DNA of 37,110 nt from a virus (lineage: Duplodnaviria; Caudoviricetes): IMG/VR virus record IMGVR_UViG_3300020045_006994, positions 1-37,110 of that record; one strand, 5' to 3'. How positions within the stretch are numbered: the first letter of the stretch is position 1; the number at the start of each line of letters is the position of its first letter. The notes beneath the pieces are model-generated. The model was not told the origin of the DNA. It ran no database searches and worked only from the letters and a program-made list of their open reading frames with translations. Positions 6,957 to 13,941 of this stretch are shown here, piece by piece. The translations under genes were made by a program, and so were the position numbers.

Positions 6957-7781
6957 ATGTTAAATGGGTTGGATCTTTTTTCAGGCATTGGAGGAATTTC
7001 CCTCGCACTCAATGAGTGGGTTAGGCCAGTCGCATATTGCGAAATCGATCCCTATTGTCAAGCGGTCATCTTATCTAAAATGGCTACAGGTGACCTGGTG
7101 CATGCCCCAATTTGGGATGATATTAAAACTTTGCGAATCAGACCCCAAGAAATTGATATTGACATCATTTATGGAGGATTCCCATGCCAGGATATCAGCG
7201 TTGCAGGAAATGGAAAAGGTTTGGCAGGAGAGCGAAGCGGGTTATTTTTCGAGATCATTCGCTTGGTCGCTGAAATCAAGCCCAGATTCATATTCCTGGA
7301 AAACGTTCCAGCAATCACAACCCGTGGGGGATTGGAAGTTGTTAGAACGATTGCCGAAATGGGGTATGATTGTAGATGGTGTGTTATATCCGCTGCGTCC
7401 GTTGGAGCGTTACATCGTCGCGAGAGATGGTTCCTATTGGCCCACTCCACAAGAAAGAGCTCAAACCGATACACCTTCGGAGAGGATGAGACACACACCT
7501 TGCTTAGAAACTCAAGTGTTATTAGCGACACCGACAGCAAGCCAAGCGAACAAACCAATAAGGAAACCGAGTCCAAGCAGGCAGAAAAAAGAACATGGGG
7601 AAGATCTACAAGACAGTATTGGCCGTTCGAATCCCGAGATGATTGGAAAAAAACTGTGTCCGAAATGGGTAAGTGTACTAATGGGATATCCGGAAACGTG
7701 GACAAACTTAGAGCGCTTGGAAATTCCGTCGTGCCTGCTCAAGTTAAAGAAGCATTTCAACTTTTAATGGGGATTAAATGA
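6957..7781 (+). CDS. dcm: C5-cytosine DNA methyltransferase, alpha chain (motifs I-VIII and X)
   Basis: LDLFSGIGG (I), GGFPCQD (IV), LENV (VI), HRRERWF (VIII), LRALGNSVVP (X). Confidence 0.93.
   Translation: MLNGLDLFSGIGGISLALNEWVRPVAYCEIDPYCQAVILSKMATGDLVHAPIWDDIKTLRIRPQEIDIDIIYGGFPCQDISVAGNGKGLAGERSGLFFEIIRLVAEIKPRFIFLENVPAITTRGGLEVVRTIAEMGYDCRWCVISAASVGALHRRERWFLLAHSTRKSSNRYTFGEDETHTLLRNSSVISDTDSKPSEQTNKETESKQAEKRTWGRSTRQYWPFESRDDWKKTVSEMGKCTNGISGNVDKLRALGNSVVPAQVKEAFQLLMGIK
6964..7767 (+). CDS. Nested +1-frame partner (beta chain: target-recognition repeats and motif IX); true start may be internal
   Basis: 267 codons open inside dcm; WPTP and LATPTASQA repeats; LCPKWVSVLMGYPETWT motif-IX-like segment. 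Confidence 0.75.
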   Translation: MGWIFFQALEEFPSHSMSGLGQSHIAKSIPIVKRSSYLKWLQVTWCMPQFGMILKLCESDPKKLILTSFMEDSHARISALQEMEKVWQESEAGYFSRSFAWSLKSSPDSYSWKTFQQSQPVGDWKLLERLPKWGMIVDGVLYPLRPLERYIVARDGSYWPTPQERAQTDTPSERMRHTPCLETQVLLATPTASQANKPIRKPSPSRQKKEHGEDLQDSIGRSNPEMIGKKLCPKWVSVLMGYPETWTNLERLEIPSCLLKLKKHFNF

Positions 7782-8062
7782 ACATCTTTAAAAATGTTTT
7801 AAATAAGTTACAGATAGGAAAAATAAATATTATAGAAAATGATCGGAAAGATAAAAAAATTGCGGAACAGTTAGAGAAAACACTTAATTGGCATGTTGTG
7901 AAGAGCAGATCTGATTCAAACCCATTCGATGGTTGCCCAATGGGTCAAATCTTATGTCGAAATATTGAAGAAGCAAAAGAATATGTTGAAAATTCAACAT
8001 TCAATGATCTTTACATAGAGGATTATTCAAAAATTAACACAAATCTTGATTTGAATATATAA
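7778..8062 (+). CDS. Hypothetical protein (AT-rich)
   Basis: 94-aa ORF starting at the end of dcm. Confidence 0.65.
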   Translation: MNIFKNVLNKLQIGKINIIENDRKDKKIAEQLEKTLNWHVVKSRSDSNPFDGCPMGQILCRNIEEAKEYVENSTFNDLYIEDYSKINTNLDLNI

Positions 8063-8071
8063 GGAATTTAA

Positions 8072-8272
8072 ATGAATAAAGACGATTGGATAAAGATTAA
8101 CCCTATACCTGACGATTATGAAGAGTGTGAAATTCTTTTAAAGTCAGGTAAAATAATAAGTGGATGTAGCTTTGAATTAAATAACAAAATTTTCCATCAT
8201 TTTACAGGTGATTTTTGTGGCGGTTATTCAATTAACTCTGTTGATTCTTGGAGAAGAAAATATCAAGAATGA
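8072..8272 (+). CDS. Divergent DUF551-like protein
   Basis: SD AAGGA; DDWIKINPIP...EILLKSG...VDSWR. Confidence 0.6.
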   Translation: MNKDDWIKINPIPDDYEECEILLKSGKIISGCSFELNNKIFHHFTGDFCGGYSINSVDSWRRKYQE

Positions 8273-8293
8273 AGGAGAATTATTTAGAAAATC

Positions 8294-8322
8294 TTGATTT
8301 GAATCTCTGAGTCAGGTATTCT
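8294..8322 (+). promoter_or_regulatory. Promoter of the replication initiator operon
   Basis: TTGATT-17-TATTCT. Confidence 0.6.
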
Positions 8323-8334
8323 CGAGAAACGTTG

Positions 8335-8420
8335 AACGAATCCCCGGGGTAGGAAATACCCCGGGGACACCATAGGAAATAAGAGCTAGTAAACTTGACC
8401 GGTTTTAGCATCTTAGGAAA
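8335..8420 (-). ncRNA. Putative cis-antisense RNA to the initiator leader
   Basis: Minus-strand promoter TTGTCA-17-(TGa)TACAAT at 8427-8455; GC hairpin 8341-8367 as probable 3' end. Confidence 0.55.
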
Positions 8421-8554
8421 AACTTAATTGTATCATGATCCGCAAATTATGACAACAAGATAACTTAAATCACAATTAAGTTCAAGTCCTAAGAGCAAAA
8501 ATCTTCAAGTACTGATCTATTTTCCTAATTAAACAAATCATTTAATAGGTAAAT
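8341..8554 (+). promoter_or_regulatory. Structured 5' leader of the initiator gene
   Basis: 10-bp hairpin 8341-8367; long imperfect hairpin 8373-8527; alternative SD-sequestering hairpin 8519-8554. Confidence 0.7.
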
Positions 8555-8555
8555 C

Positions 8556-9503
8556 ATGTCAGATCAAACTTTTTCTACTATACACCACACATTCGACATC
8601 TATGTAGCAGCCGTTTATGGTGTAAATGAAGCAATTATTATCAATTATTTCCAATATTGGATTGATTTCAATATGAGGACGGGGAAAAACTTCAAAGAAG
8701 GAAGATTTTGGACATATGACCCTATAAAAACAATTGCCGCTCACTTTCCATACTTCACGGAAAATGATGTTAGAGAAATAATCGAACGATTATGTACAGG
8801 AAAAAGTAGGCGAGGAAAAGGAGAGCCAGAGTTTGAGCCGGTGCTAATGAAGGGTAATTTTAACAAGTTAGCTATGGACAAAACAACATGGTATTCATTT
8901 GTAAATCAAAAAATGTTTACGAAAGGGCATTTGCCCACATCGAAGGGGCATTTGCCCAAAGCTATACCACATACAATAACAACACATGCTTTAGCATGTG
9001 ATAACAATGATAAGGCTTGTTCACCTCTTTCTACAGTTTCTATACAAAAGACATTGTCTTCTAAAAAAAACAATATAGAAAAAAAAGAGGTGGTAAAGAC
9101 TTATAAGCTCAATGCCGAACAGCGAGTAGCGTTTGATTGGTTGAAAACTCAAAACATCGACAGCGACGAACAAACATTGTCCTATTGGGCAAAGACCTAC
9201 GACTTCGATCGCTTGAAGAACGTAGTCGCTTGGGCAAAGCGAGAAGAGAGGCAGAGCATAGGAGCTTATATACAAAATCTACTGAAAAAGAACGCCATCG
9301 TTGAAACTCCTAAGCAAAAAGAAAACAAGCAATTAGCAGTAGACTACAAAAGAGAACATCAATGGCATGATTTAACTATACACGAAAGATTTATGTCATG
9401 TAAGAATGATAGAGGACACGACAGAGAAGCGTTCTTTGACGTTGCGCCGGAAACATTCTTTAAAAAACTTTTGGAAATCCATAACTGGTACCTAGGAAAC
9501 TAA
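8556..9503 (+). CDS. Phage replication initiator (lambda O/replisome-organiser-like, N-terminal winged helix)
   Basis: AAVYGVNEAIIINYFQYWI...N..EGRFWTY...HFPYF...GNFNK...DKTTWY; internal iterons; upstream of RusA. Confidence 0.8.
   Translation: MSDQTFSTIHHTFDIYVAAVYGVNEAIIINYFQYWIDFNMRTGKNFKEGRFWTYDPIKTIAAHFPYFTENDVREIIERLCTGKSRRGKGEPEFEPVLMKGNFNKLAMDKTTWYSFVNQKMFTKGHLPTSKGHLPKAIPHTITTHALACDNNDKACSPLSTVSIQKTLSSKKNNIEKKEVVKTYKLNAEQRVAFDWLKTQNIDSDEQTLSYWAKTYDFDRLKNVVAWAKREERQSIGAYIQNLLKKNAIVETPKQKENKQLAVDYKREHQWHDLTIHERFMSCKNDRGHDREAFFDVAPETFFKKLLEIHNWYLGN
8920..8961. repeat. Two 21-bp iterons (putative origin)
   Basis: CGAAAGGGCATTTGCCCACAT / CGAAGGGGCATTTGCCCAAAG, each with a GGGCA-TT-TGCCC dyad. 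Confidence 0.7.
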
Positions 9504-10202
9504 ATGAAATTCACTATACCAGGCGAACCAATAGCACAAAAAAGAGCGGTTACCAAATTCCGTAACGGTTGCCGATGGGTGATGAACCCTAACGATAGCG
9601 AAAAACAAAACGTGAAGAAACATCTTATGTTTCAAATCCAGCAGTCTTTTGAAGAGAGTGCTAAAAATAAAACAGAAGCGTTTAATTTGACCGAGGCGAA
9701 CAAATTTCATGTAAACGTGGAATTCTACCAACTTGTACCCGATTCGCTTTCTGATACCGAAAAGAACGCGAAATTATGGGGTTTCTGTGATTTACCGCCA
9801 TCGAAAAGAGATCTGGACAACTTTCTAAAGTTTATCTTGGATTGTTGTACCGGCATTCTCTTTTCCGATGATCACTTAATTGTTTCGCTAAATTCGTCAA
9901 AACATTATTCAAATAATCCTAGAACCGAAATTGAAATAATCCCTATATTGGAGAAAAGCATGAGTGACGAAGAAAAAGCTGTGTTATGTCAATTTGATCC
10001 TGATGAATTAAAGGAGCTATTAAATGATATCAAAACTATTACGAATGATTCGGGACTTGATAAAAAAGATGAAGAATCCGTGGAATGGCTCGCCTCCAAA
10101 TCCGGCGACATAGCTAAATTCGCAACAAAATACGCCGATAAGCTTAAAAAGATAGAACGAAAGATAAACAAAATCTCCGGAGAAGGAAAAACATTATGTT
10201 AG
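9504..10202 (+). CDS. rusA: RusA family Holliday junction resolvase with C-terminal extension
   Basis: FTIPGEPIAQKR, KRDLDNFLKFILD, G..F.DD..IV, K.YS..PRTEI. Confidence 0.9.
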   Translation: MKFTIPGEPIAQKRAVTKFRNGCRWVMNPNDSEKQNVKKHLMFQIQQSFEESAKNKTEAFNLTEANKFHVNVEFYQLVPDSLSDTEKNAKLWGFCDLPPSKRDLDNFLKFILDCCTGILFSDDHLIVSLNSSKHYSNNPRTEIEIIPILEKSMSDEEKAVLCQFDPDELKELLNDIKTITNDSGLDKKDEESVEWLASKSGDIAKFATKYADKLKKIERKINKISGEGKTLC

Positions 10203-10585
10203 AAGCAAACACACCCGTTAAACTCGATAACACACCAGCAAACACACCAGTTATTGAGTTAAACACACCAGCAAACACACCAGTAGAGGGCGCAAACACA
10301 CCAGTAGGTTTCAATTTGTCACCGACTGAAGATGTCAAGCCGCTTTACATTGAAGAATGCCCAACATCTTGCAAAGGAGAACTAAGATCTTGCCGAACAA
10401 ACCTAGTAGGCGTTGTACTTATCCTTATCGTTTGCGCTCTAGGTTTAGCATATACTATGTCATCTTGCACAATCTCCGTTAACTGCGTAAGAACACAAGG
10501 AACAGCGCAAGATGTACTAGACGAAGAACAATCACCTGTTAACGATGTAAAGCCAGAACTAACAATACCGGCGGCAGCTTTATGA
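10196..10585 (+). CDS. Membrane/lipoprotein-like protein with N-terminal (A)NTP(V) repeats
   Basis: Six NTP units, then a TM helix LVGVVLILIVCALGLAY followed by SSC. Confidence 0.7.
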   Translation: MLEANTPVKLDNTPANTPVIELNTPANTPVEGANTPVGFNLSPTEDVKPLYIEECPTSCKGELRSCRTNLVGVVLILIVCALGLAYTMSSCTISVNCVRTQGTAQDVLDEEQSPVNDVKPELTIPAAAL

Positions 10586-10746
10586 TAACAACAACGAAAC
10601 CTCCGGAAATGCCAGGAGATTTTAACAAAGTAGAATCCATAATCAATATCCCAAAAGTTAATGGATATGAGAAGCATAATGGATTAGGAAAGATTCTGAC
10701 ATTTCAAAAGCATAAAGAATTAACAATACCGGCAGCGGCATTATAA
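10582..10746 (+). CDS. Hypothetical protein (54 aa) ending ELTIPAAAL
   Basis: ATGA overlap; same C-terminal nonapeptide as the upstream gene. Confidence 0.55.
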   Translation: MITTTKPPEMPGDFNKVESIINIPKVNGYEKHNGLGKILTFQKHKELTIPAAAL

Positions 10747-10762
10747 ATCATAAGGAAACAAA

Positions 10763-10900
10763 ATGGACAAGAAAATTAAGAAGCTAACAGCTGACACTAA
10801 GAAGATCGTTAAAGAAGAAAAGAATCTACTTAAAGCGGATATCAAAAGAGATAAATTCGTAGAAGCCGGGAAAAAAGCCCTAGCAAAAAAGAAAAAATAA
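10763..10900 (+). CDS. Small Lys-rich protein (45 aa)
   Basis: SD AAGGA; MDKKIKKLTADTKKIVKEEKNLLKADIKRDK... Confidence 0.75.
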   Translation: MDKKIKKLTADTKKIVKEEKNLLKADIKRDKFVEAGKKALAKKKK

Positions 10901-10986
10901 CTGTAATTGCCTTTTTTCTTATAGTGTTTCATAGTGTTCAATTGATATTGAACTATGTAAAGTAACGAACACATAAAAAGGAAAAC

Positions 10987-11175
10987 ATGACCTCAATACA
11001 AGAAATATTAAGACACACTAGAAAGATCATTGAGAATCCTGTAAAAGTTTCAGATGATGAAATAAATGAATATGTTAGCAATTATCAAAATAAAATGTTT
11101 TTAATCAATTTTTATATTCGATTAAAATGTTATGTAGATAACAGGAAATATTCCTCAAAAACAGATAGAAAATGA
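10987..11175 (+). CDS. Hypothetical protein
   Basis: SD AAGGA; 62 aa. Confidence 0.65.
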   Translation: MTSIQEILRHTRKIIENPVKVSDDEINEYVSNYQNKMFLINFYIRLKCYVDNRKYSSKTDRK

Positions 11176-11420
11176 CATCAATACCAAATTACATTTATCC
11201 ACAGTGCATTATTTGCCATGAAGAATCTCCAAGAGTTTACGAAACGGACTTCTTAGATGATAAAATAACAGTGTGCTCAACTTCATGCTTCAAAATGTAC
11301 CAATACGCCGAACAACAGAAGAAACGCAAAATCAAACACCTTAAGCATTACGTTAACCATGTTAGAGTAGATGAAGTAAAGCTGGAAATTAAGGGCGATA
11401 AGGCTAAAGAGAATGGATAA
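11172..11420 (+). CDS. TRASH/MYM-like zinc-finger protein
   Basis: CIIC...VCSTSC spacing. Confidence 0.65.
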   Translation: MTSIPNYIYPQCIICHEESPRVYETDFLDDKITVCSTSCFKMYQYAEQQKKRKIKHLKHYVNHVRVDEVKLEIKGDKAKENG

Positions 11421-11530
11421 CGTGACTAAAAACGAGTAGAAATTAAGCATGTTTCAGAAATATACTCACGCATTCAACATATGAAATCTTAGGTTTTGAC
11501 CTAAGATACACCTAAGTTAAAGAGGTCATC

Positions 11531-11659
11531 ATGATAAAAAAACTAATGAATAGGTCACTTTCCTTGCTAGTTTCCTTAGCATACGTTTTATTCATGGCGC
11601 TTTTCCTAGGGTTGTGTGTGGGAGTTTTCATAAAATCAATTATTTGGGTATTCGAATGA
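11531..11659 (+). CDS. Small single-TM membrane peptide (42 aa)
   Basis: SD GAGGT; MIKKLMNRSLSLLVSLAYVLFMALFLGLCVGVFIKSIIWVFE. Confidence 0.65.
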   Translation: MIKKLMNRSLSLLVSLAYVLFMALFLGLCVGVFIKSIIWVFE

Positions 11660-11814
11660 TAAAAACAAAAGAAGAAAAAAAAGAAAGATGTCCTTTAGAT
11701 AAAGGTCATACTCCTAATAAGGAAACTATTGAGTCAATTCAATTAAGCGAAAAAGGGGAAGGCATTAGTCGTTTTAATTCTATGGAAGACCTTTTCAAAG
11801 ATCTGGGTATGTAA
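11656..11814 (+). CDS. Stand-alone RelB/DinJ-like antitoxin C-terminal domain
   Basis: PNKETIESIQLSEKGEGISRFNSMEDLFKDL matches the RelB/DinJ tail PN.eT..ai.e...g.....f.s.edLf.dL. Confidence 0.7.
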   Translation: MIKTKEEKKERCPLDKGHTPNKETIESIQLSEKGEGISRFNSMEDLFKDLGM

Positions 11815-11990
11815 TGACAGGAATAACACTATGCAAAGGCAAAGGATGCCCCGTTAAAGATAAATGCTACCGATACGTAACAAAAGGCAACCATACAAAC
11901 CAAGCGTACTTCACTAGAACTCCATACGAAGATAATGTAGGTTGCAAATTCTTCGTGAAAATTGAAAAGGGTAATGATGATGAAAAGTGA
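11814..11990 (+). CDS. Small Cys-rich phage protein (58 aa)
   Basis: TAATG overlap; ITLCKGKGCPVKDKCYRY...QAYF..TP...C. Confidence 0.75.
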   Translation: MTGITLCKGKGCPVKDKCYRYVTKGNHTNQAYFTRTPYEDNVGCKFFVKIEKGNDDEK

Positions 11991-12384
11991 AATATACGAC
12001 TTCATAGAAATAAATGGTGGAGCAGTTACTTTTGTAGAACTACAAAATAGAATAAAGAACTCGAAAGGAGAATCTACTTTAGAAATAGAAGGTGAACGGT
12101 TTTCTAATGTTCTCTTATGGGCTGGAGTTAGCTCGGAGTTTTTTCAGTGCTTTAATGAATTAATGAACGAAAATAAAATCATATCATATCCAACAACTCC
12201 ATTAGTTTATATGCATGATGGAGGAATGTTAGATTTGCCAATAGCTAAAAAAGCTACTCATTACAAGGAACCGCATTGGCTACCTGTCGTTTTATGGACA
12301 AATAAACAAGCCAAGAAAAGAGGGTTTTTTGAAAAAATGAGCAGAAAAAACAAAAAGGAATGCCATGCCTTGGATAACGATTAA
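11974..12384 (+). CDS. Hypothetical protein (possible winged helix)
   Basis: VTFVEL...NVLLWAGVS.EF...LVY..DG..L.LPIAK...YK.PHWLP. Confidence 0.7.
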   Translation: MMMKSEIYDFIEINGGAVTFVELQNRIKNSKGESTLEIEGERFSNVLLWAGVSSEFFQCFNELMNENKIISYPTTPLVYMHDGGMLDLPIAKKATHYKEPHWLPVVLWTNKQAKKRGFFEKMSRKNKKECHALDND

Positions 12385-12556
12385 GAATTGCTCATATGAC
12401 CTAAAGAACATTAAGAAAATCTATCACGAAGACGAATCGCTTTACATTGATTTTCACATTTCCGAATATGTAGACGATTTCGATTACGGTACTCCTGAAA
12501 AAGCAAAAGAAGCTTTCGAAGACCTAGTTGCTCTAATCAATGGTTTGACGCGTTAG
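12365..12556 (+). CDS. Hypothetical protein
   Basis: SD AAGGA; 63 aa. Confidence 0.7.
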   Translation: MPWITIKNCSYDLKNIKKIYHEDESLYIDFHISEYVDDFDYGTPEKAKEAFEDLVALINGLTR

Positions 12557-12629
12557 TTTTGCGCGTAGAAAAACACTGGTTATTCAGTTTTTTGCTGAAA
12601 TTGGGAATTATAGCCCGTGTTTAAAACAG

Positions 12630-12660
12630 AAAAGGGAAGGATTGATCTGCCTTCCCTTTT
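12630..12660. terminator. Bidirectional terminator between convergent operons
   Basis: AAAAGGGAAGG-9 nt-CCTTCCCTTTT. Confidence 0.75.
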
Positions 12661-12663
12661 GCT

Positions 12664-12891
12664 TCATTCAGCTTTCTTTAATTGTCCTGAATCTTTAATC
12701 ATGCAGCAATCCTTTGAAACAAAGGCACCTTCCAATCTGCATAACCGGCGGTCAACGTCTGTTAGCTTCTCATCTAGTTTATCAATCCTAGTGTCAATTC
12801 TATCGAAACGACTGTTTATATCAGCCCACATAACAAATATTAGACCGCCAATAGCAATAATCATCGTCATTACGATTTGTATATCCGTCAT
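12664..12891 (-). CDS. Single-TM plus coiled-coil protein
   Basis: N-terminal TM helix, then heptads RFDRIDTRIDKLDEKLTDVDRRLCRLEG. Confidence 0.8.
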   Translation of the reverse strand: MTDIQIVMTMIIAIGGLIFVMWADINSRFDRIDTRIDKLDEKLTDVDRRLCRLEGAFVSKDCCMIKDSGQLKKAE

Positions 12892-13034
12892 AATATTTCC
12901 TTTTTAGTTTTTAAATATTCAGTTACCAACCGACATAACAAGTCAGCCATTGTAACACCTTCTTTCACACATTGAAGTTTCACTTCTTTGTGTAAGTTTT
13001 CGTGTATTCTAATTTGTAATTGTACTTTCTTCAT
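12888..13034 (-). CDS. Ribbon-helix-helix (Arc/ParG-like) regulator
   Basis: KVQLQIRIHENLHKEVKLQCVKEGVTMADLLCRLVTEYL. Confidence 0.85.
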   Translation of the reverse strand: MKKVQLQIRIHENLHKEVKLQCVKEGVTMADLLCRLVTEYLKTKKEIL

Positions 13035-13056
13035 GAAATCCCCGGTAGGGCAGCGC

Positions 13057-13278
13057 TTATCGCGCTGCAAGTTCTAAGTCTATTTCTTCATGTACCATTC
13101 TTTCTTCATATCCAGCTTTAAACCATTTGCAAAGATGCAACGCATTCTTCTCATTAAGTAATTTTCCCATGGTTAAATATAATTCAGTTGTTAATGTTGA
13201 GGATACCTTTCTTGCTTCATATCCTTTAATGAAGGCTGATTCTTCGATGCTTTGTATTGCTGGTTTGTATGCTTTCAT
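13057..13278 (-). CDS. Hypothetical protein, first gene of a three-gene minus-strand operon
   Basis: SD AAGGAG; 73 aa. Confidence 0.75.
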   Translation of the reverse strand: MKAYKPAIQSIEESAFIKGYEARKVSSTLTTELYLTMGKLLNEKNALHLCKWFKAGYEERMVHEEIDLELAAR

Positions 13279-13315
13279 TTTGGACTCCTTAAGTCGTTTC
13301 GTTGTTTATGATATC

Positions 13316-13344
13316 AATATATCAAGATACCACATTTAACGCAA
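13316..13344 (-). promoter_or_regulatory. Promoter of the RHH operon with (T)GATAT(C) repeats
   Basis: Minus strand TTGCGT-17-(TGa)TATATT; GGTATC/TGATAT/GATATC repeats overlap the -10. Confidence 0.6.
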
Positions 13345-13434
13345 GCGTTTATTTTCATTTTCTCTAATAAAAATAGAAATCGCGTTTACAAATACGTGTG
13401 AGTTTGGTAACCTTACGAAATAAAAAGGTAATAT

Positions 13435-13569
13435 ATGAAAATCACATGCCCCGAATGTAAATCAGCTGTACACAAAACAGAAATATACTCCGACTGGTGC
13501 TTCTGCACTAACTGCTTCGTTGCTTTCGATATCCCAAAAGAGAAAAAAGAGGTTGCAATTAAAGCCTAG
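13435..13569 (+). CDS. Small zinc-ribbon protein (44 aa)
   Basis: SD AAGGT; CPEC...CTNC. Confidence 0.7.
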   Translation: MKITCPECKSAVHKTEIYSDWCFCTNCFVAFDIPKEKKEVAIKA

Positions 13570-13581
13570 AAAGTGTATAAT
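13553..13581 (+). promoter_or_regulatory. Near-consensus sigma70-type promoter
   Basis: TTGCAA-17-TATAAT. Confidence 0.75.
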
Positions 13582-13587
13582 ACCTCT

Positions 13588-13672
13588 GATTTCATCTGTA
13601 ATCCAACTGTGAAATTTGTTAATTTAAACTCTTAGTGATAAGATTTTCGAACCCCTTGAATGGGGTTTTTTT
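13588..13672 (+). ncRNA. Putative ~85-nt free-standing sRNA
   Basis: Lies between a strong promoter and terminator AACCCC-TTGAAT-GGGGTT-T5; no ORF with an SD. Confidence 0.6.
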
Positions 13673-13746
13673 ATGATTCTAGATTACGTGGGTTGCTTTA
13701 GTTTAAAAGTAAAAACATTGATCGCCTCAAAAATGTTAGCTCAAAT

Positions 13747-13941
13747 CTAACAAGCGCCCACGTTTTTTGTCCTCTTAAATCGACTCATATATAAATTAAA
13801 TTCATCCTCAACTTCCTTGTTAGGGAAACTGAATTCGTAGATCTCATTTTCCTTTCGTGTATTCAGTAAAGTAGCTATGCGCTCCTTAAAATCGGTTTTA
13901 CTAGTGAAAAAGATGATCTTTACTTGCTTATACGACATCAT
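13747..13941 (-). CDS. Hypothetical protein
   Basis: SD GAGGT; 64 aa. Confidence 0.6.
   Translation of the reverse strand: MMSYKQVKIIFFTSKTDFKERIATLLNTRKENEIYEFSFPNKEVEDEFNLYMSRFKRTKNVGAC

Noticed and set aside
7169-7760. Minus-strand ORFs over the methyltransferase
   Set aside because: No motifs; likely a by-product of dual-frame coding constraint on the plus strand
10205-10306. Short repeats as a CRISPR-like array
   Set aside because: In-frame peptide repeats of 8-13 bp with very short spacers; no cas genes
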